Shown: positions 1 through 13,205, numbered from the stretch's first letter. The stretch: 64,000 bases of DNA from Acidobacteriota bacterium (GCA_050258555.1 JBLMZA010000043.1:2372-66371); one strand, 5' to 3'. Translations and numbers: made by a program. Notes: generated from the sequence alone by a model not told the origin.

Positions 1-491
1 CGGGCAGGCGCCGACTGAAGCTGAAGATTATACAGCGTTTCGCTCTGCGGCGAGCGGAAGCCCGCCTTGAGCGGGGCCTCGACATGGGCGCAGACCGACG
101 CCGCCAGCGGTGTCGCATCGAGATTCAGGTCCACGATGACGTCGTATTTCTTTTCCTTCAGGCGCGTGATGAGACTCTTCTTCGGCAGAAAGAAAAAGTT
201 CACCTGTTCTTCATGCACCGGCACCATCACGCACTGCGAAAGCTTTCCTGCCACTGCACGCGAGGCGGTGTTCGAGGCCAGCACCGTGAGCGAGTTGCCT
301 TTGAACTGGTGCTGCGCCTTCTGGATGACGGACAACGCCAGCGTGCGGTGTTCCTCTTCCGGCGGCATGATGAACAGCGCCGAGCGCGCCTTCGTGTAGA
401 CACCCCGAAAGTTCGTCTGTTTGCCGTTTGCGTTCCGTCCCTGCAGGCGCGCGATCATCAATCCGATATGTTTTCTGACTTCTTCTAGCAT
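1..491 (-). CDS. Hypothetical protein, 3' end off-window (partial CDS). Possibly the N-terminal half of a GT-B/GT9-like glycosyltransferase.
   Basis: Open minus-strand frame from ATG (complement of 489-491) to the window edge with no stop; it is absent from the ORF track because it lacks a stop. Strong G/C bias at third codon positions, like neighbouring genes. Translation begins MLEEVRKHIGLMIARLQ...; the segment ...LKEKKYDVIVDLNLDATPLAA...KAGF weakly resembles GT9 heptosyltransferase N-termini. An alternative start is M12, at 458. Confidence 0.4.
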   Translation of the reverse strand, partial: MLEEVRKHIGLMIARLQGRNANGKQTNFRGVYTKARSALFIMPPEEEHRTLALSVIQKAQHQFKGNSLTVLASNTASRAVAGKLSQCVMVPVHEEQVNFFFLPKKSLITRLKEKKYDVIVDLNLDATPLAASVCAHVEAPLKAGFRSPQSETLYNLQLQSAPA

Positions 492-536
492 ATGCAAAAA
501 TAAATTGCAAAAGGTTTGGTTGAAAAGCAAGAACGC

Positions 537-557
537 CCGGCTTCAAAAATGAAGCCG
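537..557 (-). terminator. Possible weak intrinsic terminator after ligA
   Basis: 8-bp perfect stem cggcttca/tgaagccg with loop aaaa, followed on the minus strand by a T-rich tract GGCGTTCTTGCTTTTC. The T-run is not contiguous, so confidence is low. Confidence 0.3.
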
Positions 558-570
558 CCATTCCGCCGCA

Positions 571-3455
<2,885 letters not shown>

Positions 3456-3490
3456 AGGATTGGCTCCATGGTAAAAAAGCAAACTGCGTG

Positions 3491-5671
3491 CTACAAAGTC
3501 AAGACCGAGCGGATCTTCAGGGCCAGCTCGCGTTCGTCGTACGGCTTGCGCAGGAATCCGTCGACGTTCTGCATGAGCGCGGCGTCGCCGGTCAGCGCAT
3601 CGTCGTAACCGCTCGAGATGAGGACGCGGCAGGGATATTTCTTCCGCTTGATCTTCTGGAACAGCTTCTCGCCGTTCATGTGCGGCATATTCAGGTCGAG
3701 TATGACCAGATCGAACGGGCGTTCGGCAAGCACATCGAGCGCTTCCTTGCCGCTCTGGACGGCATGCGGCGCGTAGCCGAGATCCTTCAGTATCGCCGAG
3801 AGCGTGAAACAGATCATCGCTTCGTCGTCGACGATCAGCACCGCTTCGCCGCCGCCTGCCGGGATGTCCGACGCGTCGTCCGGCGCGCATCCCCGGTGAT
3901 TGGAAAGCAGCGGGAAGGTGAGCGAGAAAATCGAGCCTTTGCCCGGAGTGCTCTGCACCGAGACCGATCCGTTATGCGATTTCATCACGCCGTAGACGAC
4001 CGAGAGTCCGAGCCCCGTGCCTTTGCCATGGTCCTTCGTCGTGAAGAACGGTTCGAAGATGTGCCGCTGCACTTCGGGCTCCATGCCCGTTCCCGTATCG
4101 GAGATCGAGACGGTGAGCGTGCGCTCGTTCGGATTCACGCTCGTCGAGACGCTGATCCGGCCGCCGTCGGGCATCGCGTCGCGGGCGTTGAGGAGGATGT
4201 TGAGCAGCGACTGCTGGACCTGCCCCTCGTCGCCGTTGATGAAGCACGGGTGCTGCTCGAAGCGGTGCACGACTTCCATGCCGTGGGGAATGCCCGTCTC
4301 AAAGAGCGCGATGGTCTCCTCCAGAATCAGCTGCAGGTCCACCGGATGGAGTTCCGCGGGCGTGCGGCGTGCGAATGTGAGCAGCTGCGTCGTGAGTTTG
4401 GCGCCGCGCTGGGCGGCCGTCGAGATGATCTCGATGAACGGGTAGAGCTTGTTGCGCGGCGTCACGCGCCGCTGCATGATCGCGGCGGCGTTGCCGATGG
4501 ACGTGAGAATGTTGTTGAAGTCGTGCGCCACGCCGCCGGCAAGGTTTCCCACGCTGTCGATCTTCTGCGCCTGGATGATCTTCTCCTCCATGCGCTTCTT
4601 TTCGGTGATGTCGCGCACGACGCACCGCAGCGACACCGGCACCCCGATTTCGTTGTAGACGAACGACGAGTTTACGCTCACGTCGATGCGCGTGCCGTCG
4701 CGGCGCATCATCTGGTGTTCTTCGTCGCGCGCCTCGCATTCGAGCTCGAATGTCCTGCGGATGAACTCTTCCACCTTCGCATGCTGGTCGGCGGGATAGA
4801 GCGACGTGAGATGCGCGCCGACAATATCCTGTTTCTCGCAGCCGAGCGTCGAGGCTTCGGTCTGGTTGCATCCGATGATCGTCCCGTGCCGATCGATGAG
4901 GTGATACATGTCGGGAGAATGCTCGAAGAGGTCGGCATACTGTTCCTGAGACTGTCTCAGCTGCGAGAAGAGCTGCGCGTTGTTCAGCGCAACGTTGATC
5001 TGGTTGCCGAAGGCGGAAACGAGGTTGATCTTGTTGGGCGAGAAGAAATCCGATGCGCTGCTGGCAAGCACCATCACGCCGGCAAGCCGGTCGGCGGCGC
5101 GCAGGGGCACAAGCACCCACGAGGCGATGCGAAGCTTCCCGAGCTGCGGATGCATCGGCGGCATGTCCCGGTGTCCGTCCGTGCGGTTGGTCTGGATGGT
5201 CTGCATCCAGTGGAGCGAAGCCGGAGGGTGGATCTGCGACGGATCGAAGAACGGCTGCTCCGCGCCGTTCGAGTTTTTGAGCACGAGGGCGTCGTTTTCC
5301 AGGATGTAGAGCCATCCGTATTCGTTCTTGAGAAGGCTCGTGACGGTTGAAAGAACGCTCGTGAAGATCGTGCCGAGATCCATCGTCCGGTTGACGGCGC
5401 GGGCCACGGTGTTGAGCGCCACCAGCTCGCGGTTCTGCTCTTCGAACTGCCGGCCGTACTTCAGCGAAAAATAGACGCCCGCGAAGCCGATCACGCCGAC
5501 CGTCACGATGCTGATGAATTCGAGAAGGCCGATCGTCTTGTTGAGCAGAATGTTCGCGCTGATGATGGTCACCATCATCACGACCACGCCGGTCGAGGCG
5601 ACGATCTGCGCCTGTTCGACCAGGCCGAGATGGAATGAGAAGGCGCGAAGCCGCAGCAAAAGTTTTTTCAT
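3491..5671 (-). CDS. Hybrid sensor histidine kinase (TM-GAF-PAS-HisKA-HATPase_c-REC)
   Basis: N-terminal transmembrane helices; H-box GGVAHDFNNILTSI; N/G boxes (LNARDAMPDGG, DTGTGM, GTGLGLS); C-terminal receiver LIVDDE...DLVILDLNMP...K. Confidence 0.85.
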   Translation of the reverse strand: MKKLLLRLRAFSFHLGLVEQAQIVASTGVVVMMVTIISANILLNKTIGLLEFISIVTVGVIGFAGVYFSLKYGRQFEEQNRELVALNTVARAVNRTMDLGTIFTSVLSTVTSLLKNEYGWLYILENDALVLKNSNGAEQPFFDPSQIHPPASLHWMQTIQTNRTDGHRDMPPMHPQLGKLRIASWVLVPLRAADRLAGVMVLASSASDFFSPNKINLVSAFGNQINVALNNAQLFSQLRQSQEQYADLFEHSPDMYHLIDRHGTIIGCNQTEASTLGCEKQDIVGAHLTSLYPADQHAKVEEFIRRTFELECEARDEEHQMMRRDGTRIDVSVNSSFVYNEIGVPVSLRCVVRDITEKKRMEEKIIQAQKIDSVGNLAGGVAHDFNNILTSIGNAAAIMQRRVTPRNKLYPFIEIISTAAQRGAKLTTQLLTFARRTPAELHPVDLQLILEETIALFETGIPHGMEVVHRFEQHPCFINGDEGQVQQSLLNILLNARDAMPDGGRISVSTSVNPNERTLTVSISDTGTGMEPEVQRHIFEPFFTTKDHGKGTGLGLSVVYGVMKSHNGSVSVQSTPGKGSIFSLTFPLLSNHRGCAPDDASDIPAGGGEAVLIVDDEAMICFTLSAILKDLGYAPHAVQSGKEALDVLAERPFDLVILDLNMPHMNGEKLFQKIKRKKYPCRVLISSGYDDALTGDAALMQNVDGFLRKPYDERELALKIRSVLTL

Positions 5672-5736
5672 GGCACAATGATGAAGGAGGGAAGCGATCG
5701 GACGGGATGCGCACTTCGGATCGCATCCCGCCGCTG

Positions 5737-6903
5737 TCAGAGTCGGTGAGGCTGCAGGCGCTGCTGAACCGCGTGGGCCCTCTTGATCTTTCCTTCGATG
5801 GTTGCGAAAAACAATTCAAGGTCGACCGGCTTCAGGAAATATCCGTCCGCCCCCATCTGCATGCCGGTGCGCTGCACGGCTTCCTGCACCATGCCGCTCA
5901 GGAAGAGAAACGGCACATGGAAGAACTTTTCCATCGATCGGAACTTCTCGAAGAACGCGAAGCCGCTCATATTCGGCTTCGAAAAGTTCACATCGCAGAC
6001 AACGATGTCGGGCACGAGCGATTCGAGCGTCTTCAGCGCCTCTTCGCACGTCGGCACGGCGACGCAATAGTAGCCAGAGTCGGTCATCTGCCGGCAGGCA
6101 AGTTCGAGGAACTCCGCGTCGTCGTCGATCAGCAGCACGGTGCCGACCGACCGGAGCGACTGCAGAAGGAGAAAGACGCGGCCTTCGAGCTGAAGATGCT
6201 CCTGCTCGGTGATGCGGTAGATGCGGCGGAGGTCGTCGAAATTCGTGATGCCCTTTTTCCATGCCTCCTCGATGGCCGAAAGATACGCGGCGAAACGCAC
6301 ATCGCGCTCGGTCGCCGCATGTTCCTCTTCGGTGATGCCGAATGATTCCCGCATCGCGCGCATGCGTTCCTCTTCCGATTCCGTCACGCCGCCGCCGGTC
6401 CAGGCTTCGCTCAACAGCGTCCGATAGGCCTCGAGCAGGGCGGGTGTGTGCTTCACGAAATCGAACGAGCGTCCGGAGGGCTGCAAAGGGATCTCAAGCG
6501 TGACCGGCGTCTGGGCCGGGGGAACCGGCTGCTCGTGGACGGGAGCCGTCCGCACGGCGGGTTCGGGTGTGAGAGGATCCGCTGTCGGCTGAGGTATCGT
6601 CGCCGGCGGCTCAGCCGACTGTGCCGTTGCCGTCGGAAGCGGCGCAGAGGCCGCGTGTTCTTTCGCCGATTCCTGTTGTTGCCGCGCATGCTGAGCCGCC
6701 TTCTCGGCCTGCAGCCGCGCGGCGACCTGCGACTCCTTCAGTGAAAGGATGCGCTCCTGATACGCCCGCGCATACACATTGCGGGGATCGAATTCAAACA
6801 CTTTGCCGATGGCGGTGAGGGCATTGTCGAGATTGCCTTCCTTGATCGCCTTGTCGGCCGACCGGAGAAGTTCGCTCACGGCGCGCTGATTTTCTGGTGT
6901 CAT
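5737..6903 (-). CDS. Response regulator with N-terminal TPR-like segment, Pro-rich linker and C-terminal receiver domain
   Basis: Receiver signature LLIDDDAEFLE...DIVVCDVNF...FLSG...GADGYFLKP lies at the C-terminus; the N-terminus is TPR-like (AIKEGNLDNALTAIGKVFEFDPRNVYARAYQ). It sits adjacent to the hybrid kinase. Confidence 0.7.
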   Translation of the reverse strand: MTPENQRAVSELLRSADKAIKEGNLDNALTAIGKVFEFDPRNVYARAYQERILSLKESQVAARLQAEKAAQHARQQQESAKEHAASAPLPTATAQSAEPPATIPQPTADPLTPEPAVRTAPVHEQPVPPAQTPVTLEIPLQPSGRSFDFVKHTPALLEAYRTLLSEAWTGGGVTESEEERMRAMRESFGITEEEHAATERDVRFAAYLSAIEEAWKKGITNFDDLRRIYRITEQEHLQLEGRVFLLLQSLRSVGTVLLIDDDAEFLELACRQMTDSGYYCVAVPTCEEALKTLESLVPDIVVCDVNFSKPNMSGFAFFEKFRSMEKFFHVPFLFLSGMVQEAVQRTGMQMGADGYFLKPVDLELFFATIEGKIKRAHAVQQRLQPHRL

Positions 6904-6927
6904 AAAAGTATGTGTCCGGCTTATCGT

Positions 6928-7776
6928 CTACCGCCTGCCCAATTCCCGCAGCACGCGTTCGCGCGCCCGGGCCGCTGGAAATTCCCGGCCGGTCCAGAGC
7001 GTGAAGGCTCTGGCGCCCTGCTGAATGAACATTTCCAGGCCGTTGATGACCGAGGCTCCGTCGGCTTCGGCTTTCTGCAGCAATGCGGTCTGCAGCGGTG
7101 TGTATATAATATCGAAAATAATTTGATGAATTGAAAACCGCAGCGTCTCGGGAACAGGAAGGGCCGAGGTGTCCGGAGGCATGCCGACGGTCGTCGTATT
7201 GACGATGAGCGCGGAATCGCCGACGGCGCGCGGTATGCGCGATGCTTCCACCGCTTCGAACGCCACATCGGGAAAAAGGTCCCTGAATGACTGCGTGAGC
7301 TCGCGCGCGCGCTCCGGATTCCGGTTGTAGACGGCGATCGTGCGGGGCGAGCACTCGGCCGCCGCATAGATTACCGCACGCGATGCGCCGCCGGCGCCGA
7401 GCACAAAGACGCTGCAGCCGCGGATTGCGTTCCTATGCGGCATGAGCGAAGCGCGCACGCCGTCGACGTCGGTGTTCTCGCCGCGAAGCCGCCCGTCCTC
7501 GTTGATGATGGTGTTGACCGCGCCGAGGGCGCGGGCTTCGTCACTCAGTTCGTCCATATACGGCATGACAGCCTGCTTGTGCGGCTTCGTCACATTGGCG
7601 CCGCGCACATGCTCCGCGCGCAGCGCGTCGAACAGTCCCGGAAGCATCTCGGCGGAGACGTCGAACACGCCGTACGAATAGGGGAGGCCGAGCGCCTCGA
7701 TCGCTTCGCTGTGCATTGCGGGAGAGAGCGTGTAGCTGATCGAGCGGCCGATGATTCCCAGCAGTCTTCGTTCCAT
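6928..7776 (-). CDS. aroE: Shikimate dehydrogenase AroE
   Basis: GIIG...SYTLSP...NVTKPHK...GAVNTI...NTD..G motifs and VLGAGGASRAV Rossmann fold. Confidence 0.85.
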   Translation of the reverse strand: MERRLLGIIGRSISYTLSPAMHSEAIEALGLPYSYGVFDVSAEMLPGLFDALRAEHVRGANVTKPHKQAVMPYMDELSDEARALGAVNTIINEDGRLRGENTDVDGVRASLMPHRNAIRGCSVFVLGAGGASRAVIYAAAECSPRTIAVYNRNPERARELTQSFRDLFPDVAFEAVEASRIPRAVGDSALIVNTTTVGMPPDTSALPVPETLRFSIHQIIFDIIYTPLQTALLQKAEADGASVINGLEMFIQQGARAFTLWTGREFPAARARERVLRELGRR

Positions 7777-7811
7777 TGATGGTGGCTCTGTGTGATGATG
7801 GTTGCGCGAAA

Positions 7812-7849
7812 TAAAAAAAACCTAATCCTCGTTGCGCAAAGATTAGGTT
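7812..7849 (-). terminator. Rho-independent terminator downstream of the TPR gene
   Basis: 9-bp perfect stem aacctaatc/gattaggtt with a 13-nt loop, followed on the minus strand by a T9 run (plus-strand A-run 7812-7820). Confidence 0.6.
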
Positions 7850-7889
7850 CTCTTGGTCCGATTCCCGGAAAGCCGATGGAATGCGCCGC

Positions 7890-9323
7890 TTACGAACGAA
7901 GCAGCGAGCCGACGAACTCCTTGATCGAGCGCACGCGTGCGAAATCGTTGTCGAAGCGCTCGCGCATCGTGCTGTCGAGACCGATTGCCGTCTTGAGCGC
8001 ATCGATTGCTTCCGAGATCCTGCGCGTCAGGAAGAAGAGCTTCGCCTTGCTGTAATACGGCTCGGCGAATTTCGGATTGAGCTCGATGCTCTTGTTGAGC
8101 GCCGGCAGCGCATCGTCGAGATGGCTGAGCTCGAGCAGCGTGTCGCCGTAGTCGAACCACGCCTCGTAGTTCGAGGGATCGAGCTGAATGACCATCTTGT
8201 AGCTCAGCAGCGACTCCTTCTGCCGGCCCATGTTGTATTCACAGTCGGCTTTGGCATACCACAGCTCGGGATATTCGCGGCAGAGCTCGAGCGCGCGGTT
8301 GTAATCGTTCATCGCCTTGTTGAACTGCTCCATCGCGTCATAGCAGCTTCCGCGTCCGAAGAACGACTCGTAATGCTCGCTGTCGAGCTGGATGGCGCGC
8401 GTGAAGCACTGCACCGCATCCACATAATTCTCCGCTTCCTCGTAGGCGTTGCCGAGGTTGTGCCAGGCGGGCACGTCGTTCGGTTCGTAGCGGAGCGTCT
8501 GGCGGTAGCATTCGATCGCTTCGTGAAGCTTCCCGGCGGTGGCGAGGGCGTTGCCCTTGTTGTACCATGCCGAGGCGAAGTCTTCCTTGATCGCCAGGGC
8601 CATGTCGTAGCTTTCAATCGAGCGCGTCACGTCGCCTTTGCGGGCAAGAACGATGCCGCGGTTGTACCAGGCGTTGTAGTTGTAGGGATCGCGGTCGATG
8701 TGCAGATCGTAGCAGCGGAGCGAATCCTCCAGCCGGTCCATCAGGTCGTAGCAGTAGCCGAGTTCGAAATAGACGTCGCGATTGTCTTTGCTGTCGTCGA
8801 GCAGGAAGTTCAATATGTCGACGGCTTCGGTGTAGCGTTCCATCTTTTCGAGCGTGATGGCCTTGTTGAAGAGCGCCTCGTCGTTGTTCGGCGAAAATTC
8901 AAGCGCACGGTCGAAGTCGGCCAGCGCCTCTTCGCCGCGGCTGGCGTTGTCGAGCGTGATGCCGCGGTTGATGAACAGATCGCTGTCGGCCGGATTCAGG
9001 CTCAGCGCCTGATCGTAGCAGAAGAGCGCCTCGTCGTAGCGGCACATATTGTTCAGGAGCATCCCCTTGCACATCCATGCATCGGAACTGTAGGGAGCAT
9101 ACTCGACGAGCTGGTCGGCGAATCCCAGCGCCTCTTCGAACCGGTCCTGTTCAAAATAAAAATTGATGATCTCTTCCAGTGCTTCTATGCTGGAGATGCC
9201 ATTGCCTCCTTTTTTCAGCAGTTCCTTGAACCGCTCGATATCTTCCTCGCGATGATTTTTTTTCGGAGAATGGGTGCTGTCCGAATCATCATCAAAAAAA
9301 CTGTCGGAATCAAAATAGGACAT
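7890..9323 (-). CDS. Tetratricopeptide (TPR) repeat protein
   Basis: About 12 consecutive 34-aa TPR repeats (W/Y..G.....G.Y.EA...Y..AL..+P.N..A) with an acidic N-terminus. Confidence 0.8.
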   Translation of the reverse strand: MSYFDSDSFFDDDSDSTHSPKKNHREEDIERFKELLKKGGNGISSIEALEEIINFYFEQDRFEEALGFADQLVEYAPYSSDAWMCKGMLLNNMCRYDEALFCYDQALSLNPADSDLFINRGITLDNASRGEEALADFDRALEFSPNNDEALFNKAITLEKMERYTEAVDILNFLLDDSKDNRDVYFELGYCYDLMDRLEDSLRCYDLHIDRDPYNYNAWYNRGIVLARKGDVTRSIESYDMALAIKEDFASAWYNKGNALATAGKLHEAIECYRQTLRYEPNDVPAWHNLGNAYEEAENYVDAVQCFTRAIQLDSEHYESFFGRGSCYDAMEQFNKAMNDYNRALELCREYPELWYAKADCEYNMGRQKESLLSYKMVIQLDPSNYEAWFDYGDTLLELSHLDDALPALNKSIELNPKFAEPYYSKAKLFFLTRRISEAIDALKTAIGLDSTMRERFDNDFARVRSIKEFVGSLLRS

Positions 9324-9513
9324 AGAAGTACGTCGTGATGCGTGTGAGAGAATGAATAATACGGGTATGGATTAATTAACAAAAAAAGCCGGGTGAAGTC
9401 AATAGGAAAGGCCCCGGAACGGATAAATTGCCTGTTTTAGCGCATTTACGGCGATTATTTGCATTTCAACTTCAGTCTCCGTACATTGGCAGGAACAATT
9501 ACGGAACCCCTCT

Positions 9514-9966
9514 GTGGAACACCTGACTGTACGAATTTCTCCCGAAGCGCCGCACGGCGCCGGCCTTCCTCTTCCGCGCTACGCCACCGAGGGATCGGCG
9601 GGCATGGATGTGCTCGCCGCCGTGACGGAACCGGTCGAAATTCCGCCCGGAACCACCGCGCTCATTCCCGCGGGATTCTCCATCGAGCTGCCTCCGGGAT
9701 TCGAAGCGCAGATCCGTCCGCGCTCCGGACTCGCCTTGAAATCGAACATCGGCATTCTCAATGCACCCGGCACCATCGATTCGGATTACCGGGGCGAAGT
9801 GAAGATCATTCTCACGAATTTCGGCCGCTCGGCATTCACGGTGAATCGCGGCGACCGCATCGCTCAGATGGTTGTTGCGCGCCACGCACGCGTCGAATGG
9901 GTCGTGAGCGGGAAGCTCGACGACACCGCGCGGGGGGCGGGCGGCTTCGGCCACACCGGCGTCTGA
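9514..9966 (+). CDS. dut: dUTP diphosphatase
   Basis: All five dUTPase motifs are present ([43 protein letters not shown]). GTG start. Confidence 0.9.
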   Translation: MEHLTVRISPEAPHGAGLPLPRYATEGSAGMDVLAAVTEPVEIPPGTTALIPAGFSIELPPGFEAQIRPRSGLALKSNIGILNAPGTIDSDYRGEVKIILTNFGRSAFTVNRGDRIAQMVVARHARVEWVVSGKLDDTARGAGGFGHTGV

Positions 9967-10006
9967 CCGTGCGGCGGCTGCATCTCAACAACCGGAACAC
10001 ACCATT

Positions 10007-11275
10007 ATGAACGATCGCGTCAGAAAGAAAGACGCTCTGCATGCGCAGATGCCAAAACTTACCCCGGTGGAGTTCATCCTCGCCTTTGCGGGCATCGCGC
10101 TGTTCTTCGCACTGCTCTATGCGACGCAGACGCTTTCGTCGCCGTTCGTGCTGATTGCTGCGCTCGCTCTTGTCCTGTACCCGCTGCGGAGCCATCCCGT
10201 GCTGCGCAACATCCTGGCGCTCGCATCGCTCATCTTCGTGCTCTGGCTTCTCAAGACGATCGAAATGGTGATCGCGCCGTTCATCATCGCGCTCGTGCTT
10301 TCGTATCTGCTCCATCCGGTCGTCACACGCATCGAGCGCTGGGGCGTGCCGCGGTGGACCTCGGCGCTCTTCATCATCCTGTGCGCCGTCGCCGTGATCA
10401 TACTGCTGCTCATGGGCATCGTGCCGGTCATCATACAGCAGTTCGGTTCGGTGCTCGAGACGCTCAACAGCCTCTCGGCCCAGTTCACCAACTGGATGAT
10501 GCAGGGCGCCGTCTTCCGGACGCTGCGCCGCTACGGCGTTTCGAACGGACAGCTCCGGAATTTCCTTGCCGACTCGGTTGCGCCGCGCGTCCAGGACATC
10601 ATCAAAGGGCTGATGTCCGGCGCATTCGGCCTGGTGAGCGAATTCAGCGCGGTGCTCACCGGCATCGTGAATATCGTCATCATTCCGTTTCTCACATTCT
10701 TCATACTGAAGGACTTCCCGCTCGTCAAGTACCGCATCAAGATGCTCGTGCCGAGCGCACGCAGGGAAGAGGCGGCCACCTATTACAACTACATCGACGA
10801 CATCGTGGGCCGCTACATCCGGGGCACGATGATCATCGCGATCTTCGATGCGATCATGGTGAGCACCGTTTTCTGGCTCATCGGCATCCCGTATGCGATG
10901 GTGATCGGTCTGGTCTCGGGGACGCTGTTCTTCCTTCCGTACTTCGGCTTTCTGACGATGCTCGTCATCACGACCATCGTCTCGACGTTCGCCGACGGAC
11001 CGGTCCTGTTCACCATGCTGACGGGGCTCGGAACGCTCGGCGCGCTGCATGTGATCGAAAATTATGTGCTGTCTCCGAAGATCATCGGAAGCAAGATCGG
11101 CCTCCATCCCGTGCTGCTGATCCTGTCGCTGTTCATCTTCGGATATTTTTTGGGATTCATCGGACTGCTCATCGCCATCCCCGCGGCGGGAAGCATCATG
11201 GTCATTGCAAAAGAGTGGGAGAAGAAGCGCAAGCAGAGAATGCAGGACGATCTGTTCGACGCGCAGGAAGAATAA
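10007..11275 (+). CDS. AI-2E family transporter (PerM/YhhT, UPF0118)
   Basis: Eight transmembrane helices and the hallmark C-terminal segment ...GLHPVLLILSLFIFGYFLGFIGLLIAIP... Confidence 0.8.
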   Translation: MNDRVRKKDALHAQMPKLTPVEFILAFAGIALFFALLYATQTLSSPFVLIAALALVLYPLRSHPVLRNILALASLIFVLWLLKTIEMVIAPFIIALVLSYLLHPVVTRIERWGVPRWTSALFIILCAVAVIILLLMGIVPVIIQQFGSVLETLNSLSAQFTNWMMQGAVFRTLRRYGVSNGQLRNFLADSVAPRVQDIIKGLMSGAFGLVSEFSAVLTGIVNIVIIPFLTFFILKDFPLVKYRIKMLVPSARREEAATYYNYIDDIVGRYIRGTMIIAIFDAIMVSTVFWLIGIPYAMVIGLVSGTLFFLPYFGFLTMLVITTIVSTFADGPVLFTMLTGLGTLGALHVIENYVLSPKIIGSKIGLHPVLLILSLFIFGYFLGFIGLLIAIPAAGSIMVIAKEWEKKRKQRMQDDLFDAQEE

Positions 11276-11281
11276 TCAGCC

Positions 11282-11965
11282 ATGGAAACAACAGGAGTAT
11301 TGTATCTTGTCGCCACGCCGATCGGCAACTATGCCGATATCACATTCAGAGCCGTCGAGGTCCTGAAGGCTGTCGACGTCGTCGTCTATGAAGAGCGGAA
11401 GGAGGGCAGCCGGCTTTTGCGCCATCTCGGCATCGAGAAGCCGGTGGAAAGCCTGAACGAGCATAACGAACAGGCGGCGACGTTTCATATTCTCGACTTT
11501 CTGAAGTCGGGAAAAAATGTCGCGGTGATTTCCGATTGCGGCACGCCGGTGTTCTCCGATCCCGGACAGATGCTTGTGCGCAAGGCGGTCGAGCTCAAGA
11601 TCAAGGTGGTGCCGATTCCGGGCGCCTCGTCGCTGATGCCGGCGCTTACCGTGTCCGGATTCTCCATCGACCAGTTCGTGTACTACGGCTGGCTTTCTCC
11701 GAAGCGGCCGCGGCGCCTTGCCGAACTCGAACAGCTCCGGCGCGAGCGGCGGACGATCGTGCTGATGGATACGCCGTACCGGCTGCTGCCGCTGCTGAAG
11801 GACATTGCGGACGTCTTCGGGAGCGAACGCCGTATCTGCGTCGCGTTCGATCTGACACTGCCGGGCGAGGAGATTTTCCACGGCACCGCGCCCTCGCTCT
11901 ATAAAAAACTCTCGAGCGAAGAACGCAAGGGCGAGTTCGTCGTGGTGATCGACAAAATGAAATAA
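11282..11965 (+). CDS. rsmI: 16S rRNA (cytidine1402-2'-O)-methyltransferase RsmI
   Basis: LYLVATPIGNYADIT N-terminus and tetrapyrrole-methylase fold motifs (VVYEE, ISDCGTP.SDPG, PIPGASSL). Confidence 0.9.
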   Translation: METTGVLYLVATPIGNYADITFRAVEVLKAVDVVVYEERKEGSRLLRHLGIEKPVESLNEHNEQAATFHILDFLKSGKNVAVISDCGTPVFSDPGQMLVRKAVELKIKVVPIPGASSLMPALTVSGFSIDQFVYYGWLSPKRPRRLAELEQLRRERRTIVLMDTPYRLLPLLKDIADVFGSERRICVAFDLTLPGEEIFHGTAPSLYKKLSSEERKGEFVVVIDKMK

Positions 11966-12025
11966 TCGTTTTGCGTATGGAATGCGGATGTTGCGTTCAC
12001 TGTTCCTTTTGCGTATTATAAATGT

Positions 12026-13054
12026 ATGCTTCTTTCGCGACATATCGACAGCGACCGCAGGGCCCCCGAACTCTACGGCAACTATTGGTTTAACAGCCGT
12101 CCGCTGACGCTGCGGGCGATGCAGGGCGATGTGGTGCTCCTGTTCTTCTGGGATCATGCATCGGCGGCGTCGCTGCGCGTGCTCCGGCATATCAACCGCA
12201 TGCATGAAGAATACGGCCCGATGGGCCTGCGCATCATCGGCGTGCAGGTGGCCGACTACGCCGTCGTCCGCGATCCCGCGAAAAAAGAATCCATCATCGC
12301 TTCCTACAACATCCGGTTTCCCATCGTCGCCGACGACGAACGCCGCATCGCCGACTCGTACCGCGTGGATACGATGCCGACGGCCTGCCTGATCGCGCCG
12401 AACGGCGATATCTATGACATGCAGGTGCCGAAGGGTTCCGCCTCGCGCGTCGAACGCTCGGTCCAGTATCTGCTGCGTCAGGCGGGATATTTCGGCGAGC
12501 TTCCCTTCGTGGAATACCGGGACGATCAGTACAGGGATTATTCGCCCGGTGTCGTCACGCCCGATTTCGATCTCGGCTATCTGCGCGGGTCGCTCGGCAA
12601 CAGCGAGGGCTACAGTCCCGAACTGCCCGCCGAATATCACGATCCCGGATACCACATCGAGGGAAAGTTCTATGCCGAGGGCATCTGGACCGCCGGAAGG
12701 CGTTCGTTCGAATATGCGGGCACAGACAACGGATACATTCTCTTTCCCTATACGGGGTACGATCTTGCCATTGTCTCGGGCAATGAACGGCAGACCGATA
12801 CGGTGCGCGTGCTGATGGACGAGCGCCCGGTCGATGCAGCGATCAGAGGATCAGATATTTTTGTTGATGACAACGGCAATACCATGGTGAAAACAAACAT
12901 CCTTCGGTCGGTTCACCTCATCAGCAGCGAAGCGGCAGCCAGCCACATCATCAAGCTTCTTCCATCGCGGCAGGGCACGGCATTTTACGGCGTCTCGTTC
13001 ATTCCGTTCGATCCCGAATGGAGCCCGCGCCGTGCGCACTTCAGCGCGAATTAA
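12026..13054 (+). CDS. Thioredoxin-fold (TlpA/redoxin-like) protein with a degenerate active site and a C-terminal extension
   Basis: The N-terminal 150 aa follow the TlpA/ResA pattern (VLLFFW...IIGV...FPIVADD...MPT..LI..NG.I), but the WCxxC site reads WDHASAAS, with no cysteines. A C-terminal domain of about 180 aa has unknown function. Confidence 0.55.
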   Translation: MLLSRHIDSDRRAPELYGNYWFNSRPLTLRAMQGDVVLLFFWDHASAASLRVLRHINRMHEEYGPMGLRIIGVQVADYAVVRDPAKKESIIASYNIRFPIVADDERRIADSYRVDTMPTACLIAPNGDIYDMQVPKGSASRVERSVQYLLRQAGYFGELPFVEYRDDQYRDYSPGVVTPDFDLGYLRGSLGNSEGYSPELPAEYHDPGYHIEGKFYAEGIWTAGRRSFEYAGTDNGYILFPYTGYDLAIVSGNERQTDTVRVLMDERPVDAAIRGSDIFVDDNGNTMVKTNILRSVHLISSEAAASHIIKLLPSRQGTAFYGVSFIPFDPEWSPRRAHFSAN

Positions 13055-13205
13055 ACCGACGGCACAGGGTGGGCGGTTCTTCCGCCAGCCGACACACGAT
13101 TATTCGTTATCGACATCAACGGCCCGCGACATCGACAGTCGGAAACGCGGGATGAATGCGGCGCACTGCCGCAATTTTTATTTCATGGACACAGGAAAAA
13201 CGCAC

